DNA of 64,000 bases from Octopus vulgaris. Its lineage: Eukaryota. Made by a program: the position numbers and the translations under genes. Shown piece by piece: positions 1 to 12,714 of the stretch. The stretch covers positions 16,554,001 through 16,618,000 of the forward strand of contig OX597827.1 of assembly GCA_951406725.2 (NCBI GenBank). Direction: 5' to 3'. The notes beneath the pieces are model-generated. The model was given only the letters and a program-made list of their open reading frames with translations. It was not told the origin of the DNA and did not search any database. Position 1 is the stretch's first letter. Every line of letters starts with the position of its first letter.

Positions 1-985
1 TATTAAAAAATATGTTGGTGGATGATGTAAACAGGCAACAAGAACCAATCATGTGCCGGAAAACTCCAGATCACAGAAAACTATTTGCTTTGGTTCCGTG
101 CGACTGACTAATCATAATGTTGAAAGTTCACAAATATAATGACGCCAAAGAACAAGACAAATCTAGCTGTGATAAAACGTAACGATACCATATAAATAAA
201 AACCGTATCGTTCTGCACAGGGGGCCAAAGGAATGTGTGCTTTAGTGGAGCGTAGGAAATTGTTTGTCGATAAATAGGAATATTGCCAACCAAACACAAA
301 GGTTGGGTTTTACTCTTTAATCCAGCAAATACCGCAGGGAAAATATAAAGAAAGCTGAAAGCATTATGGCTGGTTTCATAATACACGAATATTTTTCAGC
401 TAAACACTATACCCAAAATCGAGACTATCACAATATGTACTTATCATACTGGCGCAGACATGTTTGTTTGGTTAAGAAGTTTATTTTGCAACTGTGTGGT
501 TTTGGGTTCGGTCCCACAGCGCAGTGCCATAGGCAAGTGTCTTTCATATAGCCTCGTCCGACTAATTGTGAGTGAATTTGGTAGACAGAAACTGTGTGCA
601 AGCCCGTCGTATATCTCTCTGTCAGTAAGTGTGTGTGTGTGTGTGGGGGGGGTGTCTGTGAGTGTGTTCGTCACCCCCCATACCGCTTGACAACCAGCAC
701 TGGTTTCTTTATGTCCCCGTAATTTAGTAATTCGAGAAAAGAAACCGACAAAACGTGAAAAGGGATCGATTCCTTCGACCCAAATGGTCGTTGTCCACTG
801 ATTGACACAAATAAATGATAAAAAGAAAGGTGTGTAGAGACTAAATAATCACGATCGAGTCGCTTTGATTCCAACAGTTTAGAGGATTTCAGACGATACG
901 TATTCAAAAGCGAAACAGGAAATATAACACTTAAGAACAGAGTAACAGAACAATTAAGAAATTCTAAATTAGTCATAGGATCAAA

Positions 986-1402
986 GGGTCTTTTCGGTTT
1001 GAACGGGAGTTTTTTCTAGCGGTGTCATATGAAATTGTCACCCATAATTATGACTCTAGTATCGATCTATTGCATTTCAATCTGTTTTAGGGTTAGGGTT
1101 AGGGGTGGGGGAAGGGTATCTTTTTTTCTTCACAAATGTAAATAAACCCATTCTGTTTCTTAAACGAGGGACATATTCATACTGCACAGAATGTTTTTTT
1201 TTACCTCAATGGAGGTCATTGATTGGTTGAAATTGCAGAAATTGAAGAAAAAAAAACAAATATCTTACAAACTATAGAATTTTCTCAATAAAGCCAAGAG
1301 AAAAAGATGTTTTATAAACACATTCTACCAGTATACGAAGTTTAAAATTTTTTAGTTACCTAGAAATTATGTTAAAAACTGCCGTTTAAACCGAAAAGAT
1401 CC
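986..1402 (+). mobile_element. MITE, Merlin-like, with internal TTAGGG array (copy 1)
   Basis: TIRs gggtcttttcggtttgaacgg / ccgtttaaaccgaaaagatcc; exact 8-bp TSD ggatcaaa at 978-985 and 1403-1410; internal ttagggttagggttagggg. Confidence 0.85.
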
Positions 1403-1870
1403 GGATCAAACATTTTGAAGAGAGGGGTGACCACCACACTAGTGATTCGACATTTTGTTTTATCGGACCTGATTGGATGAAAGGTTCAGCTGACCTCGGT
1501 GACATTTGAACTCGATTGTAAAGAGCCGGAAATATTAATAGTTTCTAATTGATGCAAAAGGCCAGTAAATTTTAATAGGAGAAAATTAGTCGACTATTAG
1601 ATGGAATCCACTCTTTCGACTGGTACTTTATTTTATCGACCCCGAAAGGATTAAAAGCAAGGCGGACCTCGGTGAGGTTTGAACACAGAATGTGAAAAGG
1701 AGTCGGAACAAATACCGCCGAAAAAAAAAAAGAATACGGTATCTAAAAGGAGGGGATAAGTGAATATCATAAACCCCCAGTTCTTAGAATGGCACTCATT
1801 TTATTGATTTCGAAGGGATGGCTTTGACGATAACTGAATTCAGAACTTAAAGAGCCGGAAAAAATAATTC

Positions 1871-2283
1871 GGATCTTTTCGGTTTGAACGGCAGTTTTTT
1901 CTAGCGGTGTCATATGAAATTGTCACCCATAATTATGACCCTAGTATCAATCTATTGCATTTCAATCTGTAGTAGGGTTAGGGGTGGGAGGAAGGGTATC
2001 TTTTTTTCTTCTCAAATGTAAATAAACCCAATCTGTTTCTTAAACGAGGGACATATTCATACGGCACAGAATGCTTTTTTTTACCTCAATGGATATCATC
2101 GATTGGTTGAAATTGCAGAAATTGAAGAAAAAAACAACAAATATCTTACAAACTATAGAATTTTCTCAATAAAGCCAAGAGAAAAAGATGTTATATAAAC
2201 ACATTCTACCAGTATACAAAGTTTAAATTTTTTTAGTTACCTAGAAATTATGTTAAAAACTGCCGTTCAAACCGAAAAGATCC
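1871..2283 (+). mobile_element. MITE, Merlin-like (copy 2)
   Basis: TIRs ggatcttttcggtttgaacggcag / ctgccgttcaaaccgaaaagatcc; TSD aataattc / aatagttc (7 of 8). Confidence 0.85.
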
Positions 2284-3446
2284 AATAGTTCTTTCTAATT
2301 TTGGCAAACGACCAGCAATTTTGAAGGAAGTGGGCAAGTCGATTACATTGACCCCCAACACAAGGCTGGTACTTTATTTTATCGGCCCCATAAGGATGAT
2401 GGGTAAAAATAGCCTCGGTAGGATTTGAACTCGCTACGTAAAGTGTAAAGAATAATAATGGATTCTAATTTAGGTGCAACGCCAGCAATTTTTTAAGTGA
2501 ATGGATTAGTCGATACCATCGACCCCGTGAAGGCGCGTGGTTTAGTGGTTAGAATACTCTGCTCACGATCGTAAGGTAGTGAGTTCGATTCCCGGCGGTG
2601 TCTTGTATCCTTGAGCAAGACACTTCATTTCACGTTGCCCCAGTCCATTCAGCTGGCAAAAGTGATTAGCACCTGTATATCACATACTCTGTCACATGCT
2701 GTGTCATATACTGTGTAACGCTGAATCTCCTTAAGAACTCCGTTAAGAGTACGTGTGTCTGTGGAGTACTCAGCCACTTGCACGTTCATTTCCTGAGCGG
2801 GTTGTTCCGTTGATCGGATCAACTGGAACCCTCGTCGTCGTAAGCGACGGAGTGCTACTCCATCGAGTCCATTTCCCAGATCAATAATTTATCGTATTGA
2901 CCCCCTCCCCAAAGGAATGAAAGGGGAAAACTGACCTCAGCAGGATATGAACTCAGAAGGTAAGGAACCCGGACAAAGATATTAAGAATAACGCCAACAG
3001 AAAAAGAAAAATACAACCAGTGAAAAGAAAAGAGTAAAAATATAGAGAAACTATTTCTGAGAAGAAGATAAAAATATTATTGTAAGGAGATAGATTGAAA
3101 GAATAACACAAGAATAACAAAATAAAACGAAATCAAATTCTGGCAATCCTACAGAATATTGTCCAACAAAAGATGAACATGAACGAAAATACGAATACAA
3201 TTGAATGTAAGATCTAACCGTAGAACTATCTGGAACTGGGAAAATCTTGTATATGGCAATAATCTCAAGGTAGAAAAATGCTTAGAGAATTACAATCGAA
3301 CGACGATCTTTCTAGGAATCAACGTATTGGTAAGAAATAACAACCAACAATAACACAACAACAGCGGCGACGACGACTACGAAGACGAGTGCTAGGACAA
3401 CAACAACAACAGCAATGATAATAATGATAAATAATAATAATAATGA

Positions 3447-3996
3447 TGATGCAGTACCAGGCAGTGGCTCTCATGGCTTCTGATCTTAACTGATTAGAAG
3501 TGTTATCATGTACATTGTTTTGTCTTGGTATAAAAGATGGGCTACAGCAAATATTCTGCTCAATACCACAGATTTGCTTGTCAGTTGTTTGACCGTAACC
3601 AGTTGGGCATGTCCCTTATTGGCTGACGATATGTGCATCTCTGATCACGAGCAGAAGTAGTGGGGGAGCATCATAGCCATGTGTTGAGAGGGATTCTTTG
3701 GGGTTTGAATAATTCACCTCTGGAAACATGGGTGGTTCTTTCAACATCCTTAAACAACCCTTATTCAGGGACCGTTTGTGTGGGATGGGCTACTCAACCT
3801 GAAGAAAATTCTAACTGGGCCCCACCTGCAAGGTCATGTGCTGTTTATCTTGATATGAGATCACCATGTCGCGCACATATGGTTGTGATGCATGTGCCTG
3901 GTGTACCCTTATCAGACGGGTAGTCATGATGGGTATATTGGGCTTCGTATAGTTTACCCCAGTGTCACTTTGATGGCATGAACTGCTCTCTCACTC
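3447..3996 (+). mobile_element. ~550 bp non-coding element in (TAA)n (copy 1)
   Basis: Highly similar reverse-complement copy at 16283-16833 and partial copy at 18100-18360; ends ctctctcactc(aat)n. Confidence 0.75.
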
Positions 3997-4049
3997 AATA
4001 ATAATAATAATAATGAAGATGATGATAATAATAATAATAAAAATAATAA

Positions 4050-4054
4050 TAATA

Positions 4055-4133
<79 letters not shown>

Positions 4134-4212
4134 CGACGATGATTACGACGACGACGACGATGACGACGACGATGATGATGATGACGACGACGACGACGTT
4201 GACGATGATGAC

Positions 4213-4271
<59 letters not shown>

Positions 4272-4377
4272 CGGTGATGATGATGACGACGACGACGACG
4301 AAACAGTGAGCCACCAGAGACATACTAGAAACTGATCAAGCTTCAATATGAAAACTACCAAGATAAGTCAACTAATC

Positions 4378-4413
<36 letters not shown>

Positions 4414-4515
4414 AACGACGACGATGATTATGACGACGACGACGATGACGACGACGATGATGATGATGACGACGACGACGACGTTGACGACGATGACGAT
4501 GATGATGATGATGAT

Positions 4516-4547
<32 letters not shown>

Positions 4548-4655
4548 CGGTGATGATGATGACGACGACGACGACGAAACAGTGAGCCACCAGAGACATA
4601 CTAGAAACTGATCAAGCTTCAATATGAAAACTACCAAGATAAGTCAACTAATCGA
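4050..4655. repeat. (GAT/GAC)n with a 276-bp-period tandem duplication
   Basis: Unique ~79-bp block at 4301-4379 repeats at 4577-4655. Confidence 0.9.
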
Positions 4656-5040
4656 CGCACAGCTGTTGCGCGAGATATTGGTTGCAGTGGTTTTATAGTT
4701 AATGATAATTGGCCATCAGTAGCACGGCCTACATTTCAATGTGATTCATGGATGTGTATGCAGCTGTGTGAGCATGTGTATGAGTGTGTGTATGTATGTG
4801 TGAGCGCGTGCATCAGCAGCGGCGGTGGCAGCAGCAGTGGCAGCAGCAATACTGTTTCGAACACGTGAGAGGTATTTCATATATATATATGGGTATATAT
4901 ATGTATATATATATATTACATATATATATGTTATATATATATGGTGTGTAGTATATTTGTAGCCGTATATATATGTATATATATATATATCATATATATT
5001 GTCATATGGATACATATATATATGTGTGTATGTGTGTATG

Positions 5041-5126
<86 letters not shown>

Positions 5127-5135
5127 TATACACAC

Positions 5136-5282
5136 ATTTTTTTCTCTCCTTGTTTTTTCTGTGTCCTTTTCTGTAGAAGAGCGTAAGCTCGAAACGTAAA
5201 AGACTTTTCTGTTCCTGAGTTATACTAATACATCTGTTTGTTTTGTACACCACCTGTCTTCATCGTTTATTTTTTCGTAAAT
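5136..5282 (+). mobile_element. Short PLE pLTR-like relic, family A (variant hammerhead at 5166-5203)
   Basis: Homologous to 8941-9143, 37500-37660 and 58909-59100; CTGTAGA agagcgtaagctc GAAA cg TA aaag; flanked by (TA)n. Confidence 0.6.
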
Positions 5283-5287
5283 ATATA

Positions 5288-5344
<57 letters not shown>

Positions 5345-5627
5345 GTGTGTGTGTGTGTGTGTATGTGTCTGTGTGTCTGTGTCTGTATGTGTATCTGTTA
5401 CTTATTTCAGTCAATTGACTGTGCCCATGCTGGAGCACCGTCTTGAAAGTTTTCAGTCGCAGGAATCGACGCCAGGACTTATTCATTGTAAGTCAGGGAA
5501 ACTTATTCTATTAGTTTTCTTTTGCCGAACCGCTAAGTTGCGGGGACTTAAACGCACCAGCATCAGTTGCGAAGTGATGGTTGGTGGGGGGGGGGGGCAA
5601 ACACAGACACAAAATAGACACATATAA

Positions 5628-6480
5628 ATTGAAAATGTGGATCAGAAATTGGAGATTAATTTAATTAACATCAATTTAACACCAGTGATCTAGCATATTG
5701 AAATCTTACCACTAAGAAATGTTCTCAAGAAAAATTTAGCAAACACCAGAACGTAAGCGAGCAAAACAAATGGAATGTAACAAAAATATAGTTTATTCAC
5801 ATACATGTTTCACTATTAACAGATTACGTAATTTTACTTACGCAATTTGTCCGTAGATCTTCAGTGTGACCGTCCATCCAAATATAATTTGAAGAATTAT
5901 ATACGGGGACGTCTGCACGAGGTCAGATTTGTATCTAGTTCTACCTATTACACTTGCGGTTATGTTTCAAAAGTCCTCGTTTTGGCGTGCTAAATTACCT
6001 GAAAATATTACTGCAGAAAATAATTTACTACAGTGACATTTGCCGGTCAGAGAACGTATTAATTTAAATTCAAATTTAAAATGAGGGCGAGAAATTGGAT
6101 ATTAATTTAATTAACATCAATTTAACACCAGTGGTCTAGCATATTAAAATCTGAAGGTTCAGTAAATTGTATTATATAAATATGAGAGGGATGACCACTA
6201 TGTGGGCAACCCTTATGCTAGAAGTGGGCCCGCTATGGTCTTACCACTAAGAAATGTTCTCAAGAAAAATTTAGTAAACATCAGAACGTAAGCGAGCAAG
6301 ACAAATGAAAAGTAACAAAATATAGATTATTCACATACATGTTTCACTATTAAATTTGTATGGACGGTTACACTGAAGATCTACGGGCAAATTGCGTAAG
6401 TAAAATTACGTAATCTGTTTATAGTGAACGATGTATGTGAATAATCTATATTCTGTTACTTTTCATTCGTCTTGCTCGCT
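5628..6480 (-). mobile_element. PLE pseudo-LTR relic: two direct copies plus an inverted copy
   Basis: 5640-5820 repeats at 6090-6352; 5755-5876 is inverted at 6360-6480; contains a hammerhead; (TA)n on the right. Confidence 0.65.
5797..5869 (-). ncRNA. Type I hammerhead motif
   Basis: ucaca CUGAAGA [long stem II] GAAA caug UA uguga; palindromic ACAUGU stem III. Confidence 0.75.
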
Positions 6481-6569
6481 TATATATGTATATATATATT
6501 TTGGGAAGCAAGATCATTAGAATTTAAGAAAGGTCGAAAACGTGAAATGATATTTTTAATGAACTGTAA

Positions 6570-6763
6570 ATCTCGAAGCAAATAAAGCTGTAAATAATAA
6601 AGTTTCGACATTGGGTCCAAATATGACATACAATGTTAGAACACCCGTCGTGTTTATAGAGATACGTATTCTAGTCCCACGGACAGCATTTGGTTGTTTC
6701 TATCCAAATGGTTTTAACCCGATAGTCATAGACTTTCACATATAACTTTATTTGCTTCGAGAT
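6570..6763. repeat. Degenerate inverted repeat (MITE relic)
   Basis: atctcgaagcaaataaag ... ctttatttgcttcgagat. Confidence 0.5.
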
Positions 6764-6959
6764 CCGCTGTCCCGAAAATGAATTTTACCCCCCCACACAC
6801 ACACGTATGTATGTATTATATAAAAGGGATCACAACTGAAGCTGTGCACACACACACACACATACAGGTCGAACTGAAGTTTTATCCCTATTGAAGAATG
6901 TTCCCAAAATCCTTGCTTACGGAGCTAGTTCATGTTGGACGCAAGGTTATTGTTGCTGT

Positions 6960-7341
6960 TGTTGTTGCTGTTGAGCGAACAGTCTTCGTCCCAGTGCTCG
7001 CAAGATGGGAGAAATCCGAAACGTGGTCCTTTGCTATTCGTAAGACCCGCGGAAGAGAAAGAAGGTCAACCCCCGACACCGAGAGCATCGACGGATGGAT
7101 GAATGCGCATCCAGGCTCAGCGGTTGCGTAGGAAGTCGGGGACAAGAAACAGGAAGAAAGAGTGAGAGAAAGTTGGAGCAAAAGAGTACAACAGGGGTCG
7201 CCACCACCCCCTGCCGGAGCCTCGTGGAGCTTTAGATGTTTTCGCTCAATAAACACACACAACGCCCGGCCTGAGAATCGAAACCGCGATCCTCCGACCG
7301 CGTGTCCGCTGCCCTAACCATTGGGCCATTACGTCTCCACT
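6960..7341 (-). mobile_element. tRNA-derived SINE family S3, tail type a
   Basis: Head gtggagRcgYaatggcccartggttagggcagcggac...ggtttcgattc; tail shared with 18545-18921. Confidence 0.8.
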
Positions 7342-8109
7342 GCTGTTGTTGTTTTAACATAGGTCAGCCTGCATCAAACTGACCTATGACTAAACGCATT
7401 CCGGCACTCACAGTTCCGCCCATCTTCTTTGCACAGAGAAACAACGACCATATTATCAAATATATTCATTTCTAAGATGGTGGATGTGAGTTGAGGCTGA
7501 CTTGGTTATTATTTCTGACATGTCGAGAGACCACAAACCGCATCATTCTGCACAGTCGCATCGTTCGTATAACGTGTGTAGAATAACCTGACACCATGCG
7601 ATTGATACCTGTGTGAAGAGCAGAAGATAAAGGGAGGAATGAAGGTTAATATCCCCACATAGAAACGTGAGTATTTATGAGGTGAAAGCGAGTATGTTTG
7701 TAGCGTATAGCATGAAGCAAGACTGAGGGAAGACCTCCCCGAACGTGAAGTACACCACAGTTGATAAAATGTAATAGATAAGATAGAATTTCGTCAGTAT
7801 GCGCAGTAAAGCTTCCTGATAATAATATCTACAATATAGGAAGTGGGATGGTAATGGTTGATGGTTGGTAATTAGGGGAATGTTAGAGACAGCAGATACA
7901 TTTAGAAGAATGGGAATAAGGGTGTATGTACTTAACTAGAAGATAAATTATGAAAAAGGAAAAGAAGGAGAGTGTATATATCAAATCACTATTATGTGTG
8001 TGTGTATATAGGCACAGACATGGCCGTGTGTATATGTCTATATATGTGTGTGTAGTTGTGTATGTGTGTGCGTGTGCATGTGTATACGTATGCCTATATG
8101 TATGTATAC

Positions 8110-8352
8110 TGGCGGCGAGCTGGCAGAAACGTTAGCACGCCAGGCGAAAGGCGTAGCCGTATTTCGTCTGCCGCTACGTTCTGAGTTCAAATTCCGTCGA
8201 AGTCGACTTTGCCTTTCATCCTTTCGGGGTCGATAAATTAAGTACCAGTTTCGCACTGGGGTCGATATAATCGACTTAATTAATCGACTTAATCCCTTTG
8301 TCTGTCCTTGTTTGTCCCATCTATGTTTAGTCCCTTGTGGGTAGTAAAGAAA
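8110..8352 (+). mobile_element. tRNA-derived SINE family S2 (Nin/Deu-like central domain)
   Basis: Head ggcggcgagctggcagaa, B-box gagttcaaattcc, central gtcgactttgcctttcatcctttcggggtcgataaa..agtacc; other copies at 12990-13200, 13281-13490, 19278-19500 and 37075-37210, decayed pieces at 1430-1860 and 2290-2450. Confidence 0.8.
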
Positions 8353-8670
8353 TATATATGTATGTATTTGTAAATATATACGTGTATGTATACACACGAG
8401 CGCGTGCACATGTATATCTAGGCGAGTTGGAAGAATCGGATATATTTATGTATATATTTTATCTCTTACTTGTTTCAGTAATTAGACAGGGCCATGTTGT
8501 GCCACCGCTTTGAAGAATTTTTAGTCGAATGAATCGACCCCAGTACTTATTTTCTGTTAAGCTTGGTACTTATTCTAACGGTGTCTTTTGCCGAACTGCT
8601 AAGTTACGTATACGTAAACACACCAACACCGGTTGTCAAGCGGTACTGGGGGACAAACATAAACAAAAAG

Positions 8671-8708
<38 letters not shown>

Positions 8709-8842
8709 CAGACTTATTTCAGTTTCCGTCCACCAAATCCAATCACAAGGCTTTGGCCTGTCTGAGGATATATAGTTGGAGACACTTGCCCAAAGTGCCA
8801 CCCGGAAATATGAGATTGTGAAAGCAAGCTCCTTACCACGCG

Positions 8843-8940
<98 letters not shown>

Positions 8941-9143
8941 ACGGGAAGCTTTATGAAAATAGACAAAAGACGAAGGCAGGTGGAAAACAAACGAACAATT
9001 GTATTAGTATGGCGCTCAGGAAATATAAATAAAACAAGTCTTTAACGTTTCGAGCCTACGCTCTTCAACAGAAAGATACACAGAGAGAGAAAAACACAGA
9101 AAGAAGGAGAGAAAAAAATGCGTGCAGTAGCTAACGAATCAAC
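8941..9143 (-). mobile_element. PLE pLTR-like relic, family A (variant hammerhead at 9039-9076)
   Basis: Minus strand reads tcttt CTGTTGA agagcgtaggctc GAAA cg TT aaaga; within (TA)n. Confidence 0.6.
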
Positions 9144-9158
9144 ATATATATACATATA

Positions 9159-9214
<56 letters not shown>

Positions 9215-9284
9215 TTATATATATATATATGACACTAAATAAGATAGAGTCAAGAAGAAGGAGTATAGTCGGAAAGTTAATTTT

Positions 9285-9630
9285 TAATCTCTACACATGT
9301 TCCCATATGCAACACGTGCTCCCATACGTACAGGTATTTGATTATGCGACTGTTTACCTGTATAAGGGGATCCACTTGTATTTCTTCGATGATATTCAGT
9401 TGATGTCTCCGTTAGTTAAAAAAAATCTTCGACTTCGAAGCATCTACTAAATTCAAACAAAGCAGATGGATGTGTTAGCATCGAAGTCGAAGGTTTTTTT
9501 AACGAACGGGGACAGCAATTGAATTTATTCCGAAGAAATACAACTGGTTCCCATTATACAGGTAAACCATTGCATAATCAAATACGTGCATATATGAAGA
9601 ACAACGTTGTATGGAAATATATGTGTAGCG

Positions 9631-9634
<4 letters not shown>
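9285..9634. repeat. Diverged inverted repeat within (TA)n
   Basis: Arms at ~9285-9445 and ~9478-9634. Confidence 0.7.
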
Positions 9635-9674
<40 letters not shown>

Positions 9675-10007
9675 AAAAAGGGTGGAATATAATTAATTTC
9701 ATAAAATTAATAAATTTCACCTAGTAGATTTTATCGGTATGGAAATGACCATATTTAGTAAGGGTTATAATAATTATTATTATATTGACAAGGAAATGAG
9801 CCTTCGGTTCTAATCCAGAAACGATTCGTCTATAATTAATCCATAGGCTGGGATTTCGTTATTTTCTTCCTTTTTTGCCATATACAGGCTACAAATTCTG
9901 TTTGTTTGTGGAGACTTTTTATTAGTAGAGGAAATAGTGATCAATTTTGGCTGCTATTTCTAATATTTTCGGTATGTGGTTTTGAGCAACTTGTTGCAAT
10001 TAACCTA

Positions 10008-10090
<83 letters not shown>

Positions 10091-10219
10091 TAAAAGGAAT
10101 TCCAACCTTGTCTGATTTTCACGTTTTATTTACAATCTTATAATGATATATTATAAGATAATATATTATAATTGAATAAAATAAAATGAAATAGTAGAAT
10201 GTTAAATGTTCATTCTGAT

Positions 10220-10264
10220 TGAACTAGTACTTTCATGCATTGAATTCTGCAATCTTCGGGTTCA
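10220..10264 (-). ncRNA. Type I minimal hammerhead ribozyme motif in the PLE 3' UTR
   Basis: ugaac CCGAAGA u-ugca-gaauucaa-ugca-u GAAA guac UA guuca; stems I and II intact, palindromic stem III, U4C core change. Confidence 0.75.
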
Positions 10265-10748
10265 TGTAGTAGTGGTGACAGTCATGCTTCACAATTTTTG
10301 ACTGTAGCAAGATGATTGATTCTGTGCTATAAATACAGCTGGGTAGGCTCCAGAGTGCTAGGTTTTGCAAACTGTATTCTGACCAATCAGTGTGTAGTAT
10401 CACTCAATTACTTAAGCTGATTGGTTGGTTGAGCTGATTGGTTTAGGCATCACGCTTTGTTGGACATGTCAAGAGTCCTGTATCTTGACCCTGGCCGAAG
10501 CAGCAATTGTTGGGTTATTTTAGAAATGTTGTAAATATCCTTTGTCAGAGATTTTTATATTTTTATATTTCAATTGTCATCATCATCATTGTCAGCACCT
10601 TAATTATTGTTGCTAGTGGTGGCAATAGAACTTTTAACCCTAAATAAGATAATTTTCCTGCTATCTTCATCTTGATCACCTTTAGTATTGTTGTTGTTGT
10701 TAGTGGTCATGGTCGTAGCAGTGGAAGTAGTACCTCTAAGTATTATTA

Positions 10749-11639
10749 TTATTGCTTATTTAGCTTGGGTTCGAATTTATCAATAAAATTCTTTTCTCTG
10801 ATTCTCCTCTCGATTTCACTTGGGCTGTGTAATTTGTAGAACGGAAATATTATATACATTTTCCGGCCACATGTTGCTAGGTGGTTACTCAAAGGTATCT
10901 GACGGACCTCTGGGTCTCTAATCTGTTGCCGGTGTACATGTGAGCGTTCTAATAGTGCGTTTCCCGTCTGACCTACATATATTTCTTCACAATTTGGGCA
11001 TTTGATGCAGTAAATTAAATTTCTGCTTTTGCAGTTCATATTCGCGTTTGTGAATATTTTCCCGGTTTTTGTGTTTATATATTGACCGGTATGTATGAAT
11101 TGGCATGTGCCACATCGGCTATCATTGCATTTAGATACCGTGAATGTTTGGTCTTTGTTGCTAAGGTCAAATTTTGCCTTTGTTAGTAATGTTTTCAAGT
11201 TTTTAGGCTGTCTTTTACTAAGCACCATAGCTCGATCCTTGATTATGTCTTTTAATTCATTACTTTGGGCAATGATTGGTAGGTTTGCTTTGGCAATGTT
11301 GAAGATATTCTGGTGACATGGGTTGTGTGTCACTATGAATGGTATGACTTGTTCTTGTTTTCCTCTTCCTTGGGTTGTCCTAAGTTGTTGTATGGTTATT
11401 TTTATAGCCCGCTGTATGCCATTTTCTATAAGTAGAGATGGGTATTTTTGTTTGAGCAAAAATTCTCTTAGTTCTATTAGGCGTTTGTTCCTGATATTTG
11501 CATCTTCTACAATGGTACAAATTCTTCTGGCTAGGCAGTATGGGATGTTACGTTTTGTATGTGGTGGATGGCACGACTTAAAATTTAGGTATTGATGTGT
11601 GTCTGTGTGTTTATAGTATATATCTGTGGTGATGTTGGG

Positions 11640-11642
<3 letters not shown>
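10749..11642 (-). CDS. Penelope-like RT thumb plus GIY-YIG endonuclease (partial, transposon ORF)
   Basis: DIYYKHTDTHQYLNFKSCHPPHTKRNIP matches the PLE RT thumb; a Cys-rich linker C..RCGTC follows; NLIYCIKCPNCEEIYVGQTG..ER..H..E.FI..FEPKLN matches GIY-YIG. The N-terminal IYIY stretch of the ORF track is microsatellite. Confidence 0.9.
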
Positions 11643-11707
<65 letters not shown>

Positions 11708-11867
11708 ACATATATATATGTATATATATATATGTATGTAGGGGAAGTAACAGACTGATTCATGATCCGAGATTTTCGTGCGTGTTACTTCCGCTAAATA
11801 TACTGAATATACAAAATATACATATACTTATATTTTAAGTTCTATTTTTCCAGATTTCACCAACATG

Positions 11868-11921
<54 letters not shown>

Positions 11922-12556
11922 TACAAACATGCGTACATAATACACACATATATATAAATATATGTGTGTGTGTGTTTGTGTTAAAAAGTATTTTGTACAA
12001 AGCGGCTCAGTTATGGGATAAATAAGTATATGCGTTGAAACATTACAAGCCGTGTAAATGCGTATACTGATAAACGAAACCTTCCTATCTTACGTGTCTC
12101 TTTGTGGACTGATAAAAGGGGAAATACGTGACCCGGGTTTCGGCTTCAATTGAAGCCTTCTTCAAAGGTCATCTTCACAACGTTCTCTCCGCAGAGAACT
12201 ACGCAGCTAATGGTAAATTTATAATTGCTTGTTTAAGAAGTTCACTTCGCAGTTCGCAGTGAATTGAGAAGTTCATTTAATTTCTGCTTTGATTCACTAA
12301 GGAACGGCTCTTTCGCACTGGTTGGTCGATATCTTCTGAGAGAAATTTGCTCAACGGAAATTGTGCGTGAGGTTTTTACTGTGGCTAAGTAGCTCGCTTT
12401 GCAATTACGTGGTTTCAGATTCAGTTCCATCGAGCGGCATCTTGGGTAAGTGCCTTCTGCTATAATCCCGGGTCGATCGACCAGTGCCTTCTGTGTGAAT
12501 TTCCTGGACGGAAATTGTGTGGACGCCCGTCGTGTGCATATATATATATATATACA

Positions 12557-12620
<64 letters not shown>

Positions 12621-12651
12621 CATATATATATATACATATGCATATAATATA

Positions 12652-12714
<63 letters not shown>

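Larger units (their letters stand above)
10085..11642 (-). mobile_element. 5'-truncated Penelope-like retroelement inserted in (TA)n
   Basis: RT C-terminus plus GIY-YIG ORF, 3' UTR with hammerhead motif and AATAAA, (TA)n on both sides. Confidence 0.9.
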
